A DNA stretch of 64,000 nucleotides from Octopus sinensis. Taxonomy: Eukaryota. The DNA is taken from assembly GCF_006345805.1 (NCBI RefSeq), contig NC_043010.1:29016001-29080000 (forward strand), in the 5' to 3' direction. A model generated the notes under the pieces. It searched no databases. It had not been told where the DNA came from and worked only from the letters and a program-made list of their open reading frames with translations. Position 1 is the stretch's first letter; each line of letters begins with the position of its first letter. This document shows positions 25,960 through 39,538 of this stretch, piece by piece. The translations under genes and the position numbers were made by a program.

Positions 25960-27940
25960 TAACAATGACACTTAGGAAAGTTAAGATGGGTTACCGATGT
26001 GGGAAGAAATCTTCTGTTTATGGATGACCTGAAATTGTTTGGGAAAATCTGAAAAACAGATAAATTCCTTAACCAAAACAGCCCAGAAGTGTGGTAGGGA
26101 CATCGGTATGGAATTTGGAATTACCAAATGCTCAGTACTTAATATGAAAAGAGGGAAGAAAGCAGCTTGCAGAAGATTGCGGTTATCATCAGGAGACCAA
26201 GGGTGAACCCGACGGTAGTGGGTATAGATATTTAGGGATTTTGGAGCTAGATGACATTCTACGCAGAGAAATGAAAGTCAAGGTCAGCGAGGCATATCGA
26301 AAAAGAGTGAAAATAGTGTTGAAATCCAACCTGAATGTCAAAGATTTGATTACCGCAATGAATATCCAGGCAGTTGCGGTGGTCAGATATAGTGCGTCCA
26401 TCCTCAAATGGACGAAGAAGGAAATATCAAAACTGGATAGAAGGACGAGAAAGTTGATGACACTGCATTGGGCGCTACACTACAAAGCAAACGTAAACAG
26501 ACTGTATATGAAAAGAAAGAATGGTGGCAGAGGACTAATTAGTATGGACCATTGTATAAGGAGTGAAAGGAGAATGCTTGCCGAGTATTTGGTAAATAGT
26601 GATGAAGACCTGCTGTAATATGCCGCGAAGGATATGGGTGTAAATGTAGATGAAATGATGGGCAAGGAAGAGTTTAACCAAAGAGCTGAGGAGAAGAGAG
26701 AAGAAGACATTCTTGAAATGAGAATGCATGGATAGTTTGAAAGGAATACACAGGATGTTAAGAATAATACAGTATCGTGGGCATGGCTTGAGCGAGGTGA
26801 TTTGAAGCGTACCACCGAAAGCCTGATCATTGGTGCACAAAACCAGGCTCTTGCTACCAATTCAGTGAAGTATAATATTTACAAAACTTTTGACACTCAG
26901 AAATGCAGACTCTGTAGAAAGAGTGTGGAAAATGTGACCCTCTTTGTAAGTGAATGTGAGAGCTTTGCACAAAAACAATACAAGCGCCGCCACGACAAAA
27001 TGTGTGTGTATCTTCATTGGCTCTTATGCCGTAAATACCAATATCCTTTCTACTAAAGACACAAGGCCTGAAATTCAAGGGAAGAGGACTAGTTGATTGA
27101 ATCGACCCCAGTGTTTCACTGGTACTTAATTTACGAGCCCGAAGGGATGAAAGGCAAAGTCGACCTCAACGGAATTTGAACTCAGAATGTACCGACGGGC
27201 GAAATACCTATTTCTTTATTACCCACAAGGGGCTAAACATAGAGGGGACAAACAAGGACAGACAAACGGATTAAGATTATATCGACCTCAGTGCGTAACT
27301 GGTACTTATTTAATCGACCCCGAAAGGATGAAAAGCAAAGTCGACCCCGGCGGAATTTGAACTCAGAAGGTAGCGGCAGATGAAATACCGCTCAGCATTT
27401 CTCCCGGCGTGCTAACGTTTCTGCCAGATCGCCGCCCGTAAATACCAATATGAAGTTACAGGGAATTGGTATAAGCGTGTACTAAGTAAAGTTATGCAAG
27501 AGAAGGGAAACGCAACGATGCTCTGGGACTATGATTTTCAGACGGAACGTGTAATCGAAGACCGTCGGCCTGATATTGTAATATTGAGTAAGAGAGACAA
27601 ATACTGTCAGATCATTGATGTAGCCATACCAAATGACATGAATATTGTGAGTAAAGTGGTTGAAAAAAATCACCAAGTACTCCAAATTGAAAGTGGAAAC
27701 GGCAAGACTGTATGGAATGCGCGAAGGTGATGTAAAAGTGATACCAGTGGTGATCGGAGCGTTTGGGCTCAATCCCACTGAAACTTCAAAACTTCTTAAG
27801 GCAACTGGAAATCCCATGCAAGATTGATGTCTTGCAAAACGCAGCCTTATTGAGCAAAGCGCACATCTTAAGGGAAGTATTATTTGTCTGAGGTCCTTGT
27901 TGTGACTTGACAGATGACTAAAGACTCCAGTGCATTTTTA
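25960..27940 (+). mobile_element. R4/Dong-like LINE 3' half, interrupted by a SINE dimer
   Basis: RYLGILELD, RLYMKRKNGGRGL, CRLCRKSVENVTLFVSEC, YKRRHDK, RRPDIV, VIGAFG. Confidence 0.9.
27045..27435 (-). mobile_element. Dimeric SINE insertion with 16-bp TSD
   Basis: ccgtaaataccaatat at 27029-27044 and 27436-27451 brackets one full SINE plus one headless SINE. Confidence 0.85.
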
Positions 27941-27959
27941 CCTACACTGTGTTACGAAG

Positions 27960-28031
<72 letters not shown>

Positions 28032-28070
28032 GGATGATGATGATGACAATAACAATAATAATAATAATAA

Positions 28071-28702
<632 letters not shown>

Positions 28703-28709
28703 AATAATA

Positions 28710-29290
28710 GCCCAGAAAGAATATAAGAGACGACACGACAAATATAGCAAGGCTTGTCCATTAGACACCCTGCAACAAGTATGGACTTGACAGAGCAAAA
28801 AATTGGTACGACCACACACCCGAAGGTATCGTCGAAAAGGATAATGCAAAGATCCTGTGGGATTTTATAATTCAGTGCGACCATCAGATAGAGAATAGGA
28901 AGCCAAACATAGTCTTAATTAAGAAACTATGCTGGATCATAGATATAACATGCCCAGCTGACAACAAGGCATGCGATAAGGAGGAAAGAAAAGTCGATAG
29001 ATATGACAGGTTAGCTTGGGAGGTTGAGCAGTTGTGGTCAATGAAAAAGGTGGTGGTAGTACCAATAATTGTCGGAGCCCTGGGAACAGTGAGTAAAAAT
29101 CTTGAAAAGTACATGAAACAAATAGGGGCTGCAATAATTGTGGGGCACTTGCAGAAAACAGCACTGCTTGGAACCGTTCGAATACTCTGGCTGGTGCTCG
29201 AAAAATAAGAGGTGTTACCTTAGTTCACTGGAAGTGAACAGCTGACACCGTAGCACATCTCTAGCGTTAAAAGCTTTGCAAAGAAAATAA
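28710..29290 (+). mobile_element. R4/Dong-like LINE 3' end with (AAT)n tail
   Basis: AQKEYKRRHD, KILWDF, RKPNIV, VPIIVGALG, LQKTALLGT. Confidence 0.85.
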
Positions 29291-29307
29291 TAATAATAAT
29301 AACAATA

Positions 29308-29339
<32 letters not shown>

Positions 29340-29409
29340 GATGATGATGATGATTGGAAGTGTTATCATGTACATTTTGATGGCATGCACTGCTCTCTTA
29401 CTCAATTCC

Positions 29410-30190
29410 AAATACAACAAACTCCAGAATTAGACGCACTAGAAACAAGCACAGAAAAGCTAAGCGTATGAAAACCCGTGCTAAAACTGCTGCCTTACAT
29501 ATTCTGACTGATAAATGGCAAGAAAAACCTCACGATGGCAAATACTCAAAGAAAGCTAATAGTACCGATGGCTAGTGTCTTCTGGCTTAAAATCAGAAAC
29601 AGAAGGGTTTATCATAGCAGCCTAAGATCAATGCCTACCTGCAAGAAACTACCAGGCCAACATATTAAAGAACGGCAGCTGCCCAACATGTATATGTCAA
29701 CAACAAAATGAAACCATTGATTATGGTGTCTCCATGTGCAGTCTTCTTATGCCTGCAGATTATCTCAACAAGCATGATGGAACAGCACAATATATTCACT
29801 AGGTAATTTGCAAAAACCTGGACCTGTCCCATGATAAAAACTGGTAGGAACACAAAACACCTCATGTGCTGGAAAATGATCACATCTCCCACCATTCAAA
29901 CTGATACAAAGATAGATGCGAATAGGCCAGACATTATATTGAAAGACTTCAGACAAAAATCATGCATCCTCATTGATATGACTGTATCAATCGACATAAA
30001 TGTATCTATCAAGACCTACCAAAAACTGAGCAAGTACAAAGATCTTGAAATAGAAATTGGCAAAATGTGGAACCTGAAGACTAAAACAATACCTGTTGTC
30101 ATAGGTGCCCTAGGAATGATAGCAAAATGGGCTGATTGCTACCTAGCTCAGATACCAGGAAACCCCAAAATGGTAGAAATTCAAAAGTCG
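29410..30190 (+). mobile_element. R4/Dong-like LINE 3' fragment
   Basis: NRPDIIL, QKLSKYKDLEIEI, IPVVIGALG; its start matches 9240-9350 in reverse. Confidence 0.9.
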
Positions 30191-30219
30191 AATTTACTGC
30201 AACAGCCTATTAAGCCAAG

Positions 30220-30680
30220 CAATCAAAAGAGGACTTTGAAGATATGTAGTTTTATTTCCAGCAAGATGACGTATACCTCGAGTACCATAGCAATGCAAAG
30301 GCCTATCTTAAGATTTTTCCAATTGGACGAAGAGGTTCAGTAGAACACCTCTGGCATTCAACGGGCCTCACACCATTATATTTTGTATGAAGATGTCTAA
30401 AAGATAAAATTTACGGTACAAAACCGGCTATAGTCGACGAATTGAAGACAGCCATTGAACGAAAATGTGTACATATATCAAGCGAAAGGTTTTTTTATGT
30501 TTTAGATCCCATTGCTCCTATCATCAGCTGAGCCTGGAGCAGAAGGGTCATTAGTATGGAACTAGTTGTTCATGAAAAATTAATTCGGTCTGGAGGTTCT
30601 ATTAAATATTTAAAATAAAGTGTATTTTAGTAAATAATGTTTTATAATCGATGCGTGTCTATATTTTTGGGACACCCTGT
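30220..30680 (+). mobile_element. Tc1/mariner-superfamily transposase 3' remnant with right TIR
   Basis: FYFQQDD..IGRRGSVE..LKDKIY..ELKTAIE; ends in ttttgggacaccctgt. Confidence 0.7.
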
Positions 30681-30869
30681 GTATCCAGACACATTTTGCC
30701 TTCTTTCTCTCCTTTTTTCCCCTATTACCATCCTTATTCCTTTCTGTAGAAGATCATGGGCTTTGAATGTCAACAAATTCTTCCATTATTTTGAGCCTCT
30801 ACACATTGTATGTTGTTCCTTCACCTGTTTCCATATTTTGCTTTTTTTGTTGTACAATTTGGAACCGTA

Positions 30870-30912
<43 letters not shown>

Positions 30913-30914
<2 letters not shown>

Positions 30915-31203
30915 ATCATGTGACCGACCAAACCATCAGATGTTGTTACACATCGCTGGTCACAAAGCCTTCGCATTGTTTTACCCTTCGAATGACGCCA
31001 CCCCGCTGGCTAAGCGAGCAGGCCAACAGAAGAAAGAGTGGGAGAAAGTGTGGTGAAAGCGTACAGCAGGGATCAGCACCCCCTGCCAGAGCCTCGTGGA
31101 GCTTTTTAGGTGTTTTCGCTCAATAAACACTCACAACGCCCGGTCTGGGAATCGAAACCGCGATCCTACGACCGCGAGTCCGCTGCCCTAACCACTGGAC
31201 CAT
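30913..31203 (-). mobile_element. tRNA-derived SINE (separate family) inserted in (TA)n
   Basis: Minus strand: A-box tggtccagtgg, B-box ggtttcgattcc; (TA)n on both sides. Confidence 0.8.
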
Positions 31204-31249
31204 ATATATATATATGTGGAGGCGCAATGGCCCAGTGGTTAGGGCATAT

Positions 31250-31338
<89 letters not shown>

Positions 31339-31339
31339 C

Positions 31340-31408
<69 letters not shown>

Positions 31409-32464
31409 ACAAACACACCCATACATACATATTAATATTATCTTAACGATTTTGGTATCTGTGTTATTGTCTACAATGCTTTCGGGCAAACGCACGAAGT
31501 CATGCATGCTCTTTTTGCCTGGATGTTGTGTTTAAGTATCTCATCTCACTTTGTGTCTAATCTTTTTATCTGATGCGACTTTATTTGCTTATTTTCTCTC
31601 CCATTATTTTATACACTAAACATGTATTGGATTCAACACAATCAATTATATCCTCTCCACATTCTCTTTCTTCTCGAAAATGTTTTTGTCGAATGTATCA
31701 ATGTTAGCAACCATTTATCCATATTTTTTGAGTTTAGCGAGTTAAGAAAATCGTTAGAGCGTCGTAAAAATTGTCTAACAATGTATTTTAGCTCTTTACA
31801 TTGTGAGTTCAAATCTTGTCGAGTTCTCTTTCGGAAATCTATTATATAAAATCCGTTCTGTCTGTGTGTGTCTTCTCGGATCTCGGGCATCCTCCATCCG
31901 ATTGCGCTCAAATTTGATATGAAGATACCGACGGTAACAGGGTGTGTATAAGTCTTGAAAAAATTAGAAAAATCGATTCCTGGTGAGAATGCGATCGATA
32001 AAGCCGTTTTTGTCCTGCTTTTCTTCCGTCAACATAACTGCACCTTCCATTTTTTGTTGTTTTTGTACTACTTAAAGGTACCTTCCTTTCCTGCCAAGCT
32101 TACTGTTTAAGCCAGGTTTGTGTTCTCCCAGTCAACAGCCTTATCATTACTGGTACTTTAAACTCTTCGGTTGCATATTTGTGTGAATAAAAGCGTTTTT
32201 CTTTGGAATAGAAAAAAGTCTATCTTTATTTCTTCTTTTGTTGGTGTCTCAAATTTAGGTTAAATCAGTGTTTCTCAAAGGGGAGGCCTATGGGACGGTC
32301 GGATAAGTTGTTTTGAGAAAATTTGGTTTAAATGTTTGACAACTCAGCAGAAAAACTAAAAAGATACAAAACAAAAACAAAAAAATCTGACAACTCAGCA
32401 GCCAATAGGATAGTCAATCAATACTCCTTGAACCAACTATATATACATACATACATACATACAA

Positions 32465-32544
<80 letters not shown>

Positions 32545-32639
32545 CACACACATACACATACACACATTGTGTTGAGATATGCAGAAACCGAGAAGTCCAT
32601 AGCAACCAAGCCTTCAACCATTGTCCTAATATAAAAGGG

Positions 32640-33084
32640 AGTTCGATTTATAAAACTACAATTATACATATATAGCCAAACTATTCACCCAGAAGAAGAG
32701 GAACAGCAAAGATAAAATTTAGGAAAATGAAATTTAAAAACTGTCGCTTTTGAATCACAATTTTGAGTTGCAAGTTGCAGGAAATTAATTAACAAATTCA
32801 GATTTTGTTTCAAAAGATACGGAAAAAAACCCAAGACAAGAACGAAACCAGAGAAATATCTTTTATAAAAAAAATGGCACTTCATAGATTGTGTTTAATG
32901 GCGATTTTGTTGATCACTGTATTGGTAAGTTTAAGCAAAAATTGTTATATTTCATGTTTGCTCGATTGGTTCTTACGAATTTTTTGTGGTAGAAGGTGAT
33001 TTGATTTTAAAATCTTATGTTTTGCTAAACTATATGACTTTCTACTCCTATTCACTGAACACGTAATTAAATTACCTCTCTCTT

Positions 33085-33085
<1 letters not shown>
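32640..33085 (+). repeat. Interspersed repeat, possibly a PLE GIY-YIG C-terminus plus 3' UTR
   Basis: Homologous, same-strand copy at ~62375-62815; only a weak E..FI..F..LN-like motif supports the PLE call. Confidence 0.5.
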
Positions 33086-33124
<39 letters not shown>

Positions 33125-33221
33125 TGTGTGCGTGTGTGTGCGTGTGTGTGCGTGTGTGTGTGTGTGCATGTGTGCGTATGTGTGTGTATGTGTGTATGTG
33201 AGTGTATGTGTGTGCATGTGC

Positions 33222-33295
<74 letters not shown>

Positions 33296-33299
33296 GAAA

Positions 33300-33545
33300 T
33301 ATTAAAATTACTAAGTCTCTATAAAAGAGATTACGACAGCGTTTACTGGAAATTAATTGTTATCGCCATATTAAAATGGCATTCTTATAATATAAGAATA
33401 ATCGCTGCCGCTGTTATAAGGTTATAATGGATACAGATCGTGTATCAATAGCTATCTTAAGGCGGTGGCCTCATGGAGCTGACCAGCGGCAGCGATTATT
33501 CTTATATTATAAGAATGCCATATTAATATGGCGATAACAATTATA
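33300..33545. repeat. Head-to-head inverted fragments of a (TA)n-tailed repeat
   Basis: Arms 33354-33413 and 33484-33543; same family as 61780-61960. Confidence 0.85.
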
Positions 33546-33584
33546 ATATATATATATATAATATATATATATATATTATATATA

Positions 33585-33620
<36 letters not shown>

Positions 33621-33656
33621 TGGTATAAAATTGTATGTATATAATATATATATATA

Positions 33657-34940
33657 TCAGGTCAGCCCATAAGTTTTGTCCGAATTTTCAATAAAGAAAA
33701 GAAGCGATCAAATGTTATATTTAATTGAAATTTAATCATCAATGTACTTTCCCTGATTATCTCTTACTTCCTTCCATCTATTTACAAGCTTTTTAATCCC
33801 ATCAATGTAAAACTATTTTGGTTTCAAAGCGAAGAACTCAGAAATATCAGTTTCGACCTCCTTCTGGCTTGCGAAAGTTATGTCTCCCAAACGATTCTGT
33901 AAACTACGAAACAAATGGTAGTTTGAAGTAGCAAGGTCGGGAGAATAAGATGGATGAAGAATTTTTTCTCAACCAAGCTCTTCGATTTTCTGTGATGTGA
34001 TCTTTGCAGTGTGGGGTCAAGCATTGTCCTTATAAAAACATCACCCCTTTTCGATTCCCTAAAGCGGGTATTTTTTTCTTCAAAGCTTGGTTCAAATGCT
34101 CTAATTGGTGACAGTAGACTTGAGCATTGATTGTTGCATTAGGTGGCAACAATTCAAAGTGAATTACTACTTTGCAATCCCACCAGATAGAGAGAAGAAC
34201 CTTTTTCTCGTGAAGTTCCCTTCTCGGTTATGGTTGAGCTTCTTACCAAGCCACTGTTTACGACGTTTAACATTTCGATAGAAGATCCATTTTTCGTCAC
34301 CAGTCACAAGTCTATCAAAAAAGGGTGAAATGAGTTCGCGAGAATGGAGAGAAGAGCAGATGTCAACTCAGGATTTGCGGTTGCATTCGGACAATTCACG
34401 AGGCTTCCATTTTCCAAGTTTGGGAAACTTTCCAAATTGTTGAAGATGACGATGAACAGTTGTATGGCTTGAGCTAAGCTTTATTGCCAATTCTTCAACT
34501 GATAACGCAGGATTTTCTTCCAGTAATGCCTCAAGGAGCTTATCATCAAACTCAACTGTACGTCCTGTTCGATCTTCATCTTTAAGGCCGAAATCTCCAC
34601 TTCTGAATTTTGCAAACCATCTTCTGCAAGTTCTTTCATCCGAGCATTCTTTCCCATAAACTGAGTGTATGTTTCGAGTCGCTTCGACTGAAGAGTTTCC
34701 TTTTTTGTGCTCATAAAGCATTATGTACCTTAAATGCTCTTTGGATACTTCCATGTTAGAAAAGGTTTTAATCAAAGAAATTTTCTTTCTATTATTCTGT
34801 AAAATAATATTTAATGAGTTTAAATGTACACAAATGCATAAAAGTAATTTTTAATTCCATTAGACATTCTAAAATTCTATTACATTTCATTCAATTTAAA
34901 AAAAGAACTAAAATCGGACAGAACTTATGGGATGACCGGA
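33657..34940 (-). mobile_element. Full-length mariner (~1.28 kb) with TIRs and TA TSD; transposase inactivated
   Basis: TIRs tcaggtcagcccataagttttgtccga / tcggacagaacttatgggatgaccgga; MEVSKEHLRYIML, RWFAKFRSGDF, VTGDEKW, SPDLATSNYHLFRSLQN. Confidence 0.92.
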
Positions 34941-35679
34941 TACATCAGCTAGGGGTCTCTCAAACCCCGTGGTTTTACTACGCTCCCTGACACCAACCCA
35001 GGGTATTTCTGCATTCCCACGCTTAGATGGTTTGTCATCATATATGCTAGTTAAGCCATAGCTAGGACCCTGGTAGGTGCTACTACTCCGTGATAGAATA
35101 CACTCCTCAAAACTTTGGAACTTCCAAACCAGAGCCCCGCTATCGGATACTCTGATTTAAAACCTGCGGTTTCATATGATTACTGTTCATCTCGCTTCAG
35201 CCTGTCACTGGATACTAATCACAGAAACTCAGATCGTAGTACACCAGTTTTTCAAGCGTTCATCACTACAGTTCAATGACGTACAGATGTCTTTTTATGG
35301 TGATCTCATTTGTCAATCAATCTACTGAAAGTCCTATGATAATGGAAGAGTGACGCGCCGAGCTAATCAATTGAAAGCGCATCATAAGTTACAACTTTCG
35401 CCCGTTATGTATGTTTGAAACCACGCAGATCTGAAACGGGACTGAATAGTCATCTGAAAGGTTATGAATGGCAGGTCAGAAATGTCATTGACAATAAGGA
35501 AGCACCTCTGTGAAGATGGAGCAATCACCATACATACACACACATGTAGACAAGCACATTCACATACATACACACACACACGCACACAGGGCGTGTGACG
35601 GGTAAATTGTCGGCATTTCATATTTTTTATTTCGTGCATGCGCATTGTTTTTGATTTTGTCGACTACACAGTATAGTAG

Positions 35680-36070
35680 GGTCAGTTGGGCATCGTCTGT
35701 GAGAAAAACAACACCATGACGCAATTCACTCTGCCAGAATTTTGGAAACGACATGCTGTACTCAGGGACTTGGGAGTATCTGAGCTACTTATCAGGCAGG
35801 TAGTGCATGAAGACATTCGGTATTCCTCGTACAAAATGAGAAAGTGCTAATTTTTATCTCAAGCTATCAAAGATAAGAAAAGAGACCGCGCAACGAAGTT
35901 TTTCAACAAACTCAAGCATTCCCTCCAACCGAACATGATTTGGTTTTTCTCAGACAAGAGAAATCTCTTCCAGATCAGATGGTGAACACACAGAACAACC
36001 GTTGATTTGCCGTGTCCCTAAAACATGTACCAAGAGTGATAAAAATCAAACATCTAGTCAACATCATGAA
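35680..36070 (+). mobile_element. Tc1/mariner (maT/DD37D-like) transposase fragment
   Basis: RDLGVSELLIRQVVHEDIRYSSYKM..WFFSD..NTQNNR. Confidence 0.7.
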
Positions 36071-36116
36071 TGCGAAAGAAATAGTTAAATAACCGTAAAC
36101 CTACTTTTGGGCCACG

Positions 36117-36179
<63 letters not shown>

Positions 36180-36489
36180 TACATATATACATATATATAT
36201 ATATGCATACATACATATATACACATATATAAACAAGGTACGCATAAAAATGCGTCTAATGACGTAATGCAATAGGCATATACGTTGTGTTCGTGTTGGT
36301 TTGTAACTAAACCATGTGACTTAAACTGCGGCTAAAACAAAAGTGGTGTTCTAGCTGCCAAGCAGGAATGGTTATAAGTGGTTCATTATTGAGCGGGAAG
36401 ATATATATTAGAATGTAAGACTGAACGGGAAAATCACGTGGTATCACTTTGGAGCATAATTGTAGAGTTGTTATAATGGAGTTGTTGGA

Positions 36490-36620
36490 GTAAAAGGTAT
36501 CATATAGATTTCTCAATATGTTAACATCCACTGGACAGCTAATTTCCACAACTGTACACAGTTTCTCTTCTCTATCTGCTTTGTTGCTTTGTGTATTATC
36601 TATCAACGTCCATTTTGTCT
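36490..36620 (-). mobile_element. RLE-LINE endonuclease fragment
   Basis: DREEKLCTVVEISCPVDVNI. Confidence 0.55.
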
Positions 36621-37014
36621 TTCCTGCTTAACAAATTGCACAGACACACAGAGGTCTTGCAAGAAAGATGAGCTTAATCCTCAATTAAACCACCGAATTA
36701 CACTGAAATATACAACGGATCAAGAGAAATCGGGCAAGTGAGTAAAGATTACCAAAACTCATCACAGATCAAAGTTGTAGAATGAAGAATTGGATATACT
36801 TGGATCATGTATATATAAGGAGTAAATATTCAAATGAATATTTATATAGATATTTTTATTGTTATTATTATCAGAGCGACACGGATTCCAAATTTTATTC
36901 TCCAGCTATTTAATGCTGTTATTACTTGCTACTACCTATATTTTTGTTGTTATCAATTATTTATAATTTCCGCTGATAATAATAACAATAGAAATATCTA
37001 CATAAATATCATTT

Positions 37015-37565
37015 GAATATTTACTCTTCCTCTCTTCCTCCTTCCTTCCTTCCTTCCTTCCTTCCTTCCTTCCTTCCTCTCTCCCACTCTCCCCTCCCCC
37101 CTCATCTCTCCTCTCTTCTCTCTTCCCCCTTCCCCTTCCCTCTCCCCCTTATCTCCTCTCTCTACACTACACCATACGACATTACACATCACATCATACA
37201 TACATACACACGTCCAGACCTCTCACACGCACTAATACTCTCTCATACACACACACACACCCTTATGTTGGGGCGTTGGTCATTTGACCCTGTTATCTCC
37301 CCTATTTTCGCTCTTGCGTCTCACGTTTGATCTTTGACTTCTGGCCGGAATCAGATCGCCATGTTGATTCGCTAGCTTCTGCACGCATTTTTTTTCTCTC
37401 CTTGTTTCTTTCCGTGTTTCTTTTCTGTGTATCTTTCTGTTGAAGAGCGTAGGCTCGAAACGTAAAAGACTTGTTTTATTTATATTTCTGAGCGCCATAG
37501 TAATACAATTGTTTGTTTGTATTCCACCTGCCTTCGTATTTTGTTTATTTTCATAAAGCTTCCCG

Positions 37566-37568
<3 letters not shown>
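37015..37568 (+). repeat. Penelope-like pseudo-LTR (upstream copy) with hammerhead
   Basis: Direct-repeat homolog of 38440-39495; ends in cccgt(TA)n. Confidence 0.85.
37432..37469 (+). ncRNA. Minimal type I hammerhead, CUGUUGA core variant
   Basis: tcttt-CTGTTGA-A-GAGC-gtag-GCTC-GAAAC-GTA-aaaga. Confidence 0.65.
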
Positions 37569-37601
<33 letters not shown>

Positions 37602-37630
37602 ACATGTGTATATATATATGCATGTATGCA

Positions 37631-37710
<80 letters not shown>

Positions 37711-37711
37711 G

Positions 37712-38440
37712 TATACATCAATCTCAACGTATGGCTCACCACTTCACCCTACGTGGATACCCCCTCACCACTATCCACACCGCCCTTGCCAGAGCACGGT
37801 CCGTGGACCGTGTATCTGCTCTCTCTCCCCGAACCCGCCCTGTAGTCTCCCGCCTCCCATTTCCCCTCACTTACCACCCCACGACCCTACCTCTCCAACG
37901 CACCATTCTTCGAGCTTTCCGTCATCTCCAGTCCGACCCGTCCACTTCACACCTCTTCCCTAACCGACCCCTCCCCTCTTTCAAACGAGCCCACAACCTT
38001 CGTGACCTTTTGGTCCATAGCTCCTTCCCTGACCCTACCTCCCAACCCGGCTCGTTCCCCTGCTCCCGCCCACGTTGCCGCACTTGCCCTTACCTCTCCA
38101 ACACCACCCTCCTCACTAGCACCCACCATCGACCCTATCCCATCATCCACTCCTTCACCTGCACCTCCAGCAATATTATCTATTGCGTCTCTTGCTCTCT
38201 CTGCCATCCTTGTACATCGGACAAACGGGACGCCGCTGGCTGACCGGTTCGCGGAACACCTTCGTGACATCCACCTTGCGAACGACACACCGGTCTCACG
38301 CCATTTCCGCTCCACCGGTCACTCCTTGCAACACCTATCTGTGTTCGGCTTGTCCTTACACAGAGGCCATCCGGATTCCCGTTTGCGTCGTGAACAGGAA
38401 TTAATCTTCTCTCTTCGCTCTTATACGCCATTTGGTCTCA
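37712..38440 (+). mobile_element. Penelope-like element (Neptune-type), 5'-truncated: RT thumb, Cys linker, GIY-YIG endonuclease
   Basis: [66 protein letters not shown]; frameshifts present. Confidence 0.92.
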
Positions 38441-39495
38441 ACTCTCCCCCCTCCTCATATAACCCCCCTCTCCCCCTCCTCACCTACCTTTCCTCCCGAC
38501 CCCTACTTCTTCAGTCCTTCATCCTTTCACCCCTACTCCCCTTCCCTTCTTCCCTCTTTCTCCCTCCCTCCCTCCCTCCTTCCCTCTTCCCCTTCCCTCT
38601 GCTCCCTCACTCCCCTTCTCTCTCCCCCTCTCCCTCTTTCCTCCTTCCTCCTCCCCTTCCTCCTCCCCTCCCCCTCCTCCCCCTATCTCCCCTCCCCCTA
38701 TTCTCCCCCTCTTCCCCCCTCTCCTCCACCTCCCCCTCTTCTCCTCTCTCCACACTACACCACACGACTTCACACATCACATCATATATGATGTGCCATA
38801 CTAATACATACACCAACTAATACATACTAATACGTACTAATACATACTAATACATACTAATACATACACCAACCCTATACATACACCCGTCCAGACCTCT
38901 CATACGCACTTATACTCTCTCATACACACACACACACACTTATACATACTAATATGTACTAATACATACTAATACATACTAATACATACACCAACCCTAT
39001 ACATACACACGTCCAGACCTCTCATACGCACTAATACTCTCTCATACACACACACACACACACACACACCACACTCTTATACATACTAATACATACTAAT
39101 ACATACACCAACCCTATACATACACACGTCCAGACCTCTCACACGCACTAATACTCTCTCATACACACACACACACCCTCATGTTGGAGCTGGTCATTCA
39201 ACCCTATTATCAACCCTATTATCTCCCCTTATTTCGCTCTCGCGTCTCATGTTTGATCTTTGACCTCTGGCCGAAATCAGATCGCCATGTTGATTCGTTA
39301 GTTACTGCACGCATTTTTTTCTCTCCTTCTTTCTGTGTTTTTTTTCTCTCTGTGTATCTTTCTGTTGAAGAGCGTAGGCTCGAAACGTTAAAGACTTGTT
39401 TTATTTATATTTCCTGAGCGCCATACTAATACAATTGTTTGTTTGTTTCCCACCTGCCTTCGTCTTTTGTCTATTTTCATAAAGCTTCCCGTTAT
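38440..39495 (+). repeat. Penelope-like pseudo-LTR (downstream copy) with internal VNTR and hammerhead
   Basis: Pyrimidine tract, three ~100-bp units, hammerhead and (TA)n end. Confidence 0.85.
39357..39394 (+). ncRNA. Minimal type I hammerhead, CUGUUGA core variant
   Basis: tcttt-CTGTTGA-A-GAGC-gtag-GCTC-GAAAC-GTT-aaaga. Confidence 0.65.

Positions 39496-39538
<43 letters not shown>

Noticed and set aside
31850-32010. Helentron/DINE-1-like fragment
   Set aside because: Only a short tctg-rich motif; no subTIR or hairpin could be confirmed.
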